Shown here in pieces: positions 38,301 through 50,300 of a DNA stretch of 64,000 nucleotides. The notes under the pieces were generated by a model. That model ran no database searches. It was not told the origin of the DNA and saw only the letters and a program-made list of their open reading frames with translations. Source of the DNA: the human T2T-CHM13v2.0 reference genome, Homo sapiens; the NCBI RefSeq assembly GCF_009914755.1, contig NC_060942.1. One strand, 5' to 3'. The translations under genes were made by a program, and so were the position numbers. Positions within the stretch are counted from its first letter, which is position 1; every line of letters starts with the position of its first letter.

Positions 38301-41300
38301 CATTTGGAGCACTTACCGGCCTAAGGTGAAAAAGGAAATATCTTCCCATAAAAACTAGACAGAAGCATTCTCAGAAACTTACTCGTGATGTGTGTCCTCA
38401 ACTAAAGGAGTAGAACCTTTCTTTTCATAGAGAAGTTTTGAAACGCTCTTTTTGTGGAATCTGCAAGTGGATATTTGGCTAGTTTTGAGGATTTCGTTGG
38501 AAGCGGGAATTCATACAAATTGCAGACTGCAGCGTTCTGAGAAACATCTTTGTGATGTTTGTATTCAGGACACAGAGTTGAACATTCCCTATCATAGAGC
38601 AGGTTTGAATCACTCCTTTTGTAGTATCTGGAAGTGGACATTTGGAGCGCTTTCAGGCCTATGTTGGAAAAGGAAATATCTTCCCATAACAACTAGACAG
38701 AAGCATTCTCAGAAACTTATTTGAGATGTGTGTACTCAACTAAGAGAATTGAACCACCGTTTTGAAGGAGCAGTTTTGAAACTCTCTTTTTCTGGAATCT
38801 GCAAGTGGATATTTGGCTAGCTTTGGGGATTTCGCTGGAAGCGGGAATACATATAAAAAGCACACAGCAGCGTTCTGAGAAACTGCTTTCTGATGTTTGC
38901 ATTCAAGTCAAAAGTTGAACACTCCCTTTCATAGAGCAGTCCTGAAACACCCCTTTTGTAGTATCTGGAACTGGACTTTTGGAGCGATTTCAGGGCTAAG
39001 GTGAAAAAGGAAATATCTTCCCATAAAAACTGGACAGAAGCATTCTCAGAAACTTGTTTATGCTGTATCTACTCAACTAACAAAGTTGAACCTTTCTTTT
39101 GATAGAGCAGTTTTGAAATGGTCTTTTTGTGGAATCTGCAAGTGGATATTTGGCTAGTTTTGAGGATTTCGTTGGAAGCGGGAATTCATACAAATTGCAG
39201 ACTGCAGCGTTCTGAGAAACATCTTTGTGATGTTTGTATTCAGGACACAGAGTTGAACATTCCCTATCATAGAGCAGGTTGGAATCACTCCTTTTGTAGT
39301 ATCTGGAAGTGGACATTTGGAGCGCTTTCAGGCCTATTTTGGAAAGGGAAATATCTTCCCGTAACAACTATGCAGAAGCATTCTCAGAAACTTGTTTGTG
39401 ATGTGTGCCCTCTACTGACAGAGTTGAACCTTTCTTTTCATAGAGCAGTTTTGAAACACTCTTTTTGTAGAATCTGCAAGAGGATATTTGCATAGCTTTG
39501 AGGATTTCGTGGGAAACGGGATTGTCTTCAGGTAAAATCTAGACAGAAGCATTCTCAGAAACTTCTTTGGGATGTTTGCATTCAAGTCACAGAGTAGAAC
39601 ATTCCCTTTGGTAGAGCAGGTTTGAAACACTCTTTTTGTAGTATCTGGAAGTGGACATTTGGAGCGCTTTCAGGCCCATGTTGGAAAGGGAAATATCTTC
39701 CCGTAACAACTAGGCAGAAGCATTCTCAGAAACTTATTTGAGATGTGTGTACTCAACTAAGAGAATTGAACCACCGTTTTGAAGGAGCAGTTTTGAAACA
39801 CTCTTTTTCTGGAATCTGCAAGAGTATATTTGCCTAGCCTTGAGGATTTCGTTGGAAACGGGATTGTCTTCAGAGAAAATCTAGACAGAAGCATTCTCAG
39901 AAACTTCTTTGGGATGCTTGCATTCAAGTCACAGAGTAGAACATTCCCTTTGGTAGAGCAGGTTTGAAACACTCTTTTTGTAGTATCTGGAAGTGGACAT
40001 TTGGAGCGCTTTCAGGCCTACGTTGGAAAAGGAAATATCTTCCCATAACAACTAGACAGAAGCATTCTCAGAAACTAGTTTCTGATGTGTGTCCTCAACT
40101 AACACAGTTGAACATTTCTTTAGACAGAACAGTTTTGAAACACTCTTTTTGTGGAATCTGCAAGTGGCTATTTGGCTAGATTTGAGGATTTCGTTGGAAA
40201 CGGGATTACATATAAAAAGCAGTCAGCGGCATTCTCAGAAAGTTCTTTGTGATGATTGCATTCAAGTCACAGAATTGAACATTCCCTTTCACAGAGCAGG
40301 TTTGAAACACTCTTTTTGTAGTGTGTGTAAGTGGACATTTGGAGCACGTACCGGCCTAAGGTGAAAAAGGAAATATCTTCCCATAAAAACTAGACAGAAG
40401 CATTCTCAGAAACTTACTCGTGATGTGTGTCCTCAACTAAAGGAGTAGAACCTTTCTTTTCATAGAGAAGTTTTGAAACGCTCTTTTTGTGGAATCTGCA
40501 AGTGGATATTTGGCTAGTTTTGAGGATTTCGTTGGAAGCGGGAATTCATACAAATTGCAGACTGCAGCGTTCTGAGAAACATCTTTGTGATGTTTGTATT
40601 CAGGACACAGAGTTGAACATTCCCTATCATAGAGCAGGTTGGAATCACTCCTTTTGTAGTATCTGGAAGTGGACATTTGGAGCGCTTTCAGGCCTATGTT
40701 GGAAAAGGAAATATCTTCCCATAACAACTAGACAGAAGCATTCTCAGAAACTTATTTGAGATGTGTGTACTCAACTAAGAGAATTGAACCACCGTTTTGA
40801 AGGAGCAGTTTTGAAACTCTCTTTTTCTGGAATCTGCAAGTGGATATTTGGCTAGCTTTGGGGATTTCGCTGGAAGCGGGAATACATATAAAAAGCACAC
40901 AGCAGCGTTCTGAGAAACTGCTTTCTGATGTTTGCATTCAAGTCAAAAGTTGAACACTCCCTTTCATAGAGCAGTCCTGAAACACCCCTTTTGTAGTATC
41001 TGGAACTGGACTTTTGGAGCGATTTCAGGGCTAAGGTGAAAAAGGAAATATCTTCCCATAAAAACTGGACAGAAGCATTCTCAGAAACTTGTTTATGCTG
41101 TATCTACTCAACTAACAAAGTTGAACCTTTCTTTTGATAGAGCAGTTTTGAAATGGTCTTTTTGTGGAATCTGCAAGTGGATATTTGGCTAGTTTTGAGG
41201 ATTTCGTTGGAAGCGGGAATTCATACAAATTGCAGACTGCAGCGTTCTGAGAAACATCTTTGTGATGTTTGTATTCAGGACACAGAGTTGAACATTCCCT

Positions 41301-44300
41301 ATCATAGAGCAGGTTGGAATCACTCCTTTTGTAGTATCTGGAAGTGGACATTTGGAGCGCTTTCAGGCCTATTTTGGAAAGGGAAATATCTTCCCGTAAC
41401 AACTATGCAGAAGCATTCTCAGAAACTTGTTTGTGATGTGTGCCCTCTACTGACAGAGTTGAACCTTTCTTTTCATAGAGCAGTTTTGAAACACTCTTTT
41501 TGTAGAATCTGCAAGAGGATATTTGCATAGCTTTGAGGATTTCGTGGGAAACGGGATTGTCTTCAGGTAAAATCTAGACAGAAGCATTCTCAGAAACTTC
41601 TTTGGGATGTTTGCATTCAAGTCACAGAGTAGAACATTCCCTTTGGTAGAGCAGGTTTGAAACACTCTTTTTGTAGTATCTGGAAGTGGACATTTGGAGC
41701 GCTTTCAGGCCCATGTTGGAAAGGGAAATATCTTCCCGTAACAACTAGGCAGAAGCATTCTCAGAAACTTATTTGAGATGTGTGTACTCAACTAAGAGAA
41801 TTGAACCACCGTTTTGAAGGAGCAGTTTTGAAACACTCTTTTTCTGGAATCTGCAAGAGTATATTTGCCTAGCCTTGAGGATTTCGTTGGAAACGGGATT
41901 GTCTTCAGAGAAAATCTAGACAGAAGCATTCTCAGAAACTTCTTTGGGATGCTTGCATTCAAGTCACAGAGTAGAACATTCCCTTTGGTAGAGCAGGTTT
42001 GAAACACTCTTTTTGTAGTATCTGGAAGTGGACATTTGGAGCGCTTTCAGGCCTACGTTGGAAAAGGAAATATCTTCCCATAACAACTAGACAGAAGCAT
42101 TCTCAGAAACTAGTTTCTGATGTGTGTCCTCAACTAACACAGTTGAACATTTCTTTAGACAGAACAGTTTTGAAACACTCTTTTTGTGGAATCTGCAAGT
42201 GGCTATTTGGCTAGATTTGAGGATTTCGTTGGAAACGGGATTACATATAAAAAGCAGTCAGCGGCATTCTCAGAAAGTTCTTTGTGATGATTGCATTCAA
42301 GTCACAGAATTGAACATTCCCTTTCACAGAGCAGGTTTGAAACACTCTTTTTGTAGTGTGTGTAAGTGGACATTTGGAGCACGTACCGGCCTAAGGTGAA
42401 AAAGGAAATATCTTCCCATAAAAACTAGACAGAAGCATTCTCAGAAACTTACTCGTGATGTGTGTCCTCAACTAAAGGAGTAGAACCTTTCTTTTCATAG
42501 AGAAGTTTTGAAACGCTCTTTTTGTGGAATCTGCAAGTGGATATTTGGCTAGTTTTGAGGATTTCGTTGGAAGCGGGAATTCATACAAATTGCAGACTGC
42601 AGCGTTCTGAGAAACATCTTTGTGATGTTTGTATTCAGGACACAGAGTTGAACATTCCCTATCATAGAGCAGGTTTGAATCACTCCTTTTGTAGTATCTG
42701 GAAGTGGACATTTGGAGCGCTTTCAGGCCTATGTTGGAAAAGGAAATATCTTCCCATAACAACTAGACAGAAGCATTCTCAGAAACTTATTTGAGATGTG
42801 TGTACTCAACTAAGAGAATTGAACCACCGTTTTGAAGGAGCAGTTTTGAAACTCTCTTTTTCTGGAATCTGCAAGTGGATATTTGGCTAGCTTTGGGGAT
42901 TTCGCTGGAAGCGGGAATACATATAAAAAGCACACAGCAGCGTTCTGAGAAACTGCTTTCTGATGTTTGCATTCAAGTCAAAAGTTGAACACTCCCTTTC
43001 ATAGAGCAGTCCTGAAACACCCCTTTTGTAGTATCTGGAACTGGACTTTTGGAGCGATTTCAGGGCTAAGGTGAAAAAGGAAATATCTTCCCATAAAAAC
43101 TGGACAGAAGCATTCTCAGAAACTTGTTTATGCTGTATCTACTCAACTAACAAAGTTGAACCTTTCTTTTGATAGAGCAGTTTTGAAATGGTCTTTTTGT
43201 GGAATCTGCAAGTGGATATTTGGCTAGTTTTGAGGATTTCGTTGGAAGCGGGAATTCATACAAATTGCAGACTGCAGCGTTCTGAGAAACATCTTTGTGA
43301 TGTTTGTATTCAGGACACAGAGTTGAACATTCCCTATCATAGAGCAGGTTGGAATCACTCCTTTTGTAGTATCTGGAAGTGGACATTTGGAGCGCTTTCA
43401 GGCCTATTTTGGAAAGGGAAATATCTTCCCGTAACAACTATGCAGAAGCATTCTCAGAAACTTGTTTGTGATGTGTGCCCTCTACTGACAGAGTTGAACC
43501 TTTCTTTTCATAGAGCAGTTTTGAAACACTCTTTTTGTAGAATCTGCAAGAGGATATTTGCATAGCTTTGAGGATTTCGTGGGAAACGGGATTGTCTTCA
43601 GGTAAAATCTAGACAGAAGCATTCTCAGAAACTTCTTTGGGATGTTTGCATTCAAGTCACAGAGTAGAACATTCCCTTTGGTAGAGCAGGTTTGAAACAC
43701 TCTTTTTGTAGTATCTGGAAGTGGACATTTGGAGCGCTTTCAGGCCCATGTTGGAAAGGGAAATATCTTCCCGTAACAACTAGGCAGAAGCATTCTCAGA
43801 AACTTATTTGAGATGTGTGTACTCAACTAAGAGAATTGAACCACCGTTTTGAAGGAGCAGTTTTGAAACACTCTTTTTCTGGAATCTGCAAGAGTATATT
43901 TGCCTAGCCTTGAGGATTTCGTTGGAAACGGGATTGTCTTCAGAGAAAATCTAGACAGAAGCATTCTCAGAAACTTCTTTGGGATGCTTGCATTCAAGTC
44001 ACAGAGTAGAACATTCCCTTTGGTAGAGCAGGTTTGAAACACTCTTTTTGTAGTATCTGGAAGTGGACATTTGGAGCGCTTTCAGGCCTACGTTGGAAAA
44101 GGAAATATCTTCCCATAACAACTAGACAGAAGCATTCTCAGAAACTAGTTTCTGATGTGTGTCCTCAACTAACACAGTTGAACATTTCTTTAGACAGAAC
44201 AGTTTTGAAACACTCTTTTTGTGGAATCTGCAAGTGGCTATTTGGCTAGATTTGAGGATTTCGTTGGAAACGGGATTACATATAAAAAGCAGTCAGCGGC

Positions 44301-47300
44301 ATTCTCAGAAAGTTCTTTGTGATGATTGCATTCAAGTCACAGAATTGAACATTCCCTTTCACAGAGCAGGTTTGAAACACTCTTTTTGTAGTGTGTGTAA
44401 GTGGACATTTGGAGCACTTACCGGCCTAAGGTGAAAAAGGAAATATCTTCCCATAAAAACTAGACAGAAGCATTCTCAGAAACTTACTCGTGATGTGTGT
44501 CCTCAACTAAAGGAGTAGAACCTTTCTTTTCATAGAGAAGTTTTGAAACGCTCTTTTTGTGGAATCTGCAAGTGGATATTTGGCTAGTTTTGAGGATTTC
44601 GTTGGAAGCGGGAATTCATACAAATTGCAGACTGCAGCGTTCTGAGAAACATCTTTGTGATGTTTGTATTCAGGACACAGAGTTGAACATTCCCTATCAT
44701 AGAGCAGGTTTGAATCACTCCTTTTGTAGTATCTGGAAGTGGACATTTGGAGCGCTTTCAGGCCTATGTTGGAAAAGGAAATATCTTCCCATAACAACTA
44801 GACAGAAGCATTCTCAGAAACTTATTTGAGATGTGTGTACTCAACTAAGAGAATTGAACCACCGTTTTGAAGGAGCAGTTTTGAAACTCTCTTTTTCTGG
44901 AATCTGCAAGTGGATATTTGGCTAGCTTTGGGGATTTCGCTGGAAGCGGGAATACATATAAAAAGCACACAGCAGCGTTCTGAGAAACTGCTTTCTGATG
45001 TTTGCATTCAAGTCAAAAGTTGAACACTCCCTTTCATAGAGCAGTCCTGAAACACCCCTTTTGTAGTATCTGGAACTGGACTTTTGGAGCGATTTCAGGG
45101 CTAAGGTGAAAAAGGAAATATCTTCCCATAAAAACTGGACAGAAGCATTCTCAGAAACTTGTTTATGCTGTATCTACTCAACTAACAAAGTTGAACCTTT
45201 CTTTTGATAGAGCAGTTTTGAAATGGTCTTTTTGTGGAATCTGCAAGTGGATATTTGGCTAGTTTTGAGGATTTCGTTGGAAGCGGGAATTCATACAAAT
45301 TGCAGACTGCAGCGTTCTGAGAAACATCTTTGTGATGTTTGTATTCAGGACACAGAGTTGAACATTCCCTATCATAGAGCAGGTTGGAATCACTCCTTTT
45401 GTAGTATCTGGAAGTGGACATTTGGAGCGCTTTCAGGCCTATTTTGGAAAGGGAAATATCTTCCCGTAACAACTATGCAGAAGCATTCTCAGAAACTTGT
45501 TTGTGATGTGTGCCCTCTACTGACAGAGTTGAACCTTTCTTTTCATAGAGCAGTTTTGAAACACTCTTTTTGTAGAATCTGCAAGAGGATATTTGCATAG
45601 CTTTGAGGATTTCGTGGGAAACGGGATTGTCTTCAGGTAAAATCTAGACAGAAGCATTCTCAGAAACTTCTTTGGGATGTTTGCATTCAAGTCACAGAGT
45701 AGAACATTCCCTTTGGTAGAGCAGGTTTGAAACACTCTTTTTGTAGTATCTGGAAGTGGACATTTGGAGCGCTTTCAGGCCCATGTTGGAAAGGGAAATA
45801 TCTTCCCGTAACAACTAGGCAGAAGCATTCTCAGAAACTTATTTGAGATGTGTGTACTCAACTAAGAGAATTGAACCACCGTTTTGAAGGAGCAGTTTTG
45901 AAACACTCTTTTTCTGGAATCTGCAAGAGTATATTTGCCTAGCCTTGAGGATTTCGTTGGAAACGGGATTGTCTTCAGAGAAAATCTAGACAGAAGCATT
46001 CTCAGAAACTTCTTTGGGATGCTTGCATTCAAGTCACAGAGTAGAACATTCCCTTTGGTAGAGCAGGTTTGAAACACTCTTTTTGTAGTATCTGGAAGTG
46101 GACATTTGGAGCGCTTTCAGGCCTACGTTGGAAAAGGAAATATCTTCCCATAACAACTAGACAGAAGCATTCTCAGAAACTAGTTTCTGATGTGTGTCCT
46201 CAACTAACACAGTTGAACATTTCTTTAGACAGAACAGTTTTGAAACACTCTTTTTGTGGAATCTGCAAGTGGCTATTTGGCTAGATTTGAGGATTTCGTT
46301 GGAAACGGGATTACATATAAAAAGCAGTCAGCGGCATTCTCAGAAAGTTCTTTGTGATGATTGCATTCAAGTCACAGAATTGAACATTCCCTTTCACAGA
46401 GCAGGTTTGAAACACTCTTTTTGTAGTGTGTGTAAGTGGACATTTGGAGCACTTACCGGCCTAAGGTGAAAAAGGAAATATCTTCCCATAAAAACTAGAC
46501 AGAAGCATTCTCAGAAACTTACTCGTGATGTGTGTCCTCAACTAAAGGGGTAGAACCTTTCTTTTCATAGAGAAGTTTTGAAACGCTCTTTTTGTGGAAT
46601 CTGCAAGTGGATATTTGGCTAGTTTTGAGGATTTCGTTGGAAGCGGGAATTCATACAAATTGCAGACTGCAGCGTTCTGAGAAACATCTTTGTGATGTTT
46701 GTATTCAGGACACAGAGTTGAACATTCCCTATCATAGAGCAGGTTGGAATCACTCCTTTTGTAGTATCTGGAAGTGGACATTTGGAGCGCTTTCAGGCCT
46801 ATGTTGGAAAAGGAAATATCTTCCCATAACAACTAGACAGAAGCATTCTCAGAAACTTATTTGAGATGTGTGTACTCAACTAAGAGAATTGAACCACCGT
46901 TTTGAAGGAGCAGTTTTGAAACTCTCTTTTTCTGGAATCTGCAAGTGGATATTTGGCTAGCTTTGGGGATTTCGCTGGAAGCGGGAATACATATAAAAAG
47001 CACACAGCAGCGTTCTGAGAAACTGCTTTCTGATGTTTGCATTCAAGTCAAAAGTTGAACACTCCCTTTCATAGAGCAGTCCTGAAACACCCCTTTTGTA
47101 GTATCTGGAACTGGACTTTTGGAGCGATTTCAGGGCTAAGGTGAAAAAGGAAATATCTTCCCATAAAAACTGGACAGAAGCATTCTCAGAAACTTGTTTA
47201 TGCTGTATCTACTCAACTAACAAAGTTGAACCTTTCTTTTGATAGAGCAGTTTTGAAATGGTCTTTTTGTGGAATCTGCAAGTGGATATTTGGCTAGTTT

Positions 47301-50300
47301 TGAGGATTTCGTTGGAAGCGGGAATTCATACAAATTGCAGACTGCAGCGTTCTGAGAAACATCTTTGTGATGTTTGTATTCAGGACACAGAGTTGAACAT
47401 TCCCTATCATAGAGCAGGTTGGAATCACTCCTTTTGTAGTATCTGGAAGTGGACATTTGGAGCGCTTTCAGGCCTATTTTGGAAAGGGAAATATCTTCCC
47501 GTAACAACTATGCAGAAGCATTCTCAGAAACTTGTTTGTGATGTGTGCCCTCTACTGACAGAGTTGAACCTTTCTTTTCATAGAGCAGTTTTGAAACACT
47601 CTTTTTGTAGAATCTGCAAGAGGATATTTGCATAGCTTTGAGGATTTCGTGGGAAACGGGATTGTCTTCAGGTAAAATCTAGACAGAAGCATTCTCAGAA
47701 ACTTCTTTGGGATGTTTGCATTCAAGTCACAGAGTAGAACATTCCCTTTGGTAGAGCAGGTTTGAAACACTCTTTTTGTAGTATCTGGAAGTGGACATTT
47801 GGAGCGCTTTCAGGCCCATGTTGGAAAGGGAAATATCTTCCCGTAACAACTAGGCAGAAGCATTCTCAGAAACTTATTTGAGATGTGTGTACTCAACTAA
47901 GAGAATTGAACCACCGTTTTGAAGGAGCAGTTTTGAAACACTCTTTTTCTGGAATCTGCAAGAGTATATTTGCCTAGCCTTGAGGATTTCGTTGGAAACG
48001 GGATTGTCTTCAGAGAAAATCTAGACAGAAGCATTCTCAGAAACTTCTTTGGGATGCTTGCATTCAAGTCACAGAGTAGAACATTCCCTTTGGTAGAGCA
48101 GGTTTGAAACACTCTTTTTGTAGTATCTGGAAGTGGACATTTGGAGCGCTTTCAGGCCTACGTTGGAAAAGGAAATATCTTCCCATAACAACTAGACAGA
48201 AGCATTCTCAGAAACTAGTTTCTGATGTGTGTCCTCAACTAACACAGTTGAACATTTCTTTAGACAGAACAGTTTTGAAACACTCTTTTTGTGGAATCTG
48301 CAAGTGGCTATTTGGCTAGATTTGAGGATTTCGTTGGAAACGGGATTACATATAAAAAGCAGTCAGCGGCATTCTCAGAAAGTTCTTTGTGATGATTGCA
48401 TTCAAGTCACAGAATTGAACATTCCCTTTCACAGAGCAGGTTTGAAACACTCTTTTTGTAGTGTGTGTAAGTGGACATTTGGAGCACTTACCGGCCTAAG
48501 GTGAAAAAGGAAATATCTTCCCATAAAAACTAGACAGAAGCATTCTCAGAAACTTACTCGTGATGTGTGTCCTCAACTAAAGGGGTAGAACCTTTCTTTT
48601 CATAGAGAAGTTTTGAAACGCTCTTTTTGTGGAATCTGCAAGTGGATATTTGGCTAGTTTTGAGGATTTCGTTGGAAGCGGGAATTCATACAAATTGCAG
48701 ACTGCAGCGTTCTGAGAAACATCTTTGTGATGTTTGTATTCAGGACACAGAGTTGAACATTCCCTATCATAGAGCAGGTTTGAATCACTCCTTTTGTAGT
48801 ATCTGGAAGTGGACATTTGGAGCGCTTTCAGGCCTATGTTGGAAAAGGAAATATCTTCCCATAACAACTAGACAGAAGCATTCTCAGAAACTTATTTGAG
48901 ATGTGTGTACTCAACTAAGAGAATTGAACCACCGTTTTGAAGGAGCAGTTTTGAAACGCTCTTTTTCTGGAATCTGCAAGTGGATATTTGGCTAGCTTTG
49001 GGGATTTCGCTGGAAGCGGGAATACATATAAAAAGCACACAGCAGCGTTCTGAGAAACTGCTTTCTGATGTTTGCATTCAAGTCAAAAGTTGAACACTCC
49101 CTTTCATAGAGCAGTCCTGAAACACCCCTTTTGTAGTATCTGGAACTGGACTTTTGGAGCGATTTCAGGGCTAAGGTGAAAAAGGAAATATCTTCCCATA
49201 AAAACTGGACAGAAGCATTCTCAGAAACTTGTTTATGCTGTATCTACTCAACTAACAAAGTTGAACCTTTCTTTTGATAGAGCAGTTTTGAAATGGTCTT
49301 TTTGTGGAATCTGCAAGTGGATATTTGGCTAGTTTTGAGGATTTCGTTGGAAGCGGGAATTCATACAAATTGCAGACTGCAGCGTTCTGAGAAACATCTT
49401 TGTGATGTTTGTATTCAGGACACAGAGTTGAACATTCCCTATCATAGAGCAGGTTGGAATCACTCCTTTTGTAGTATCTGGAAGTGGACATTTGGAGCGC
49501 TTTCAGGCCTATTTTGGAAAGGGAAATATCTTCCCGTAACAACTATGCAGAAGCATTCTCAGAAACTTGTTTGTGATGTGTGCCCTCTACTGACAGAGTT
49601 GAACCTTTCTTTTCATAGAGCAGTTTTGAAACACTCTTTTTGTAGAATCTGCAAGAGGATATTTGCATAGCTTTGAGGATTTCGTGGGAAACGGGATTGT
49701 CTTCAGGTAAAATCTAGACAGAAGCATTCTCAGAAACTTCTTTGGGATGTTTGCATTCAAGTCACAGAGTAGAACATTCCCTTTGGTAGAGCAGGTTTGA
49801 AACACTCTTTTTGTAGTATCTGGAAGTGGACATTTGGAGCGCTTTCAGGCCCATGTTGGAAAGGGAAATATCTTCCCGTAACAACTAGGCAGAAGCATTC
49901 TCAGAAACTTATTTGAGATGTGTGTACTCAACTAAGAGAATTGAACCACCGTTTTGAAGGAGCAGTTTTGAAACACTCTTTTTCTGGAATCTGCAAGAGT
50001 ATATTTGCCTAGCCTTGAGGATTTCGTTGGAAACGGGATTGTCTTCAGAGAAAATCTAGACAGAAGCATTCTCAGAAACTTCTTTGGGATGCTTGCATTC
50101 AAGTCACAGAGTAGAACATTCCCTTTGGTAGAGCAGGTTTGAAACACTCTTTTTGTAGTATCTGGAAGTGGACATTTGGAGCGCTTTCAGGCCTACGTTG
50201 GAAAAGGAAATATCTTCCCATAACAACTAGACAGAAGCATTCTCAGAAACTAGTTTCTGATGTGTGTCCTCAACTAACACAGTTGAACATTTCTTTAGAC

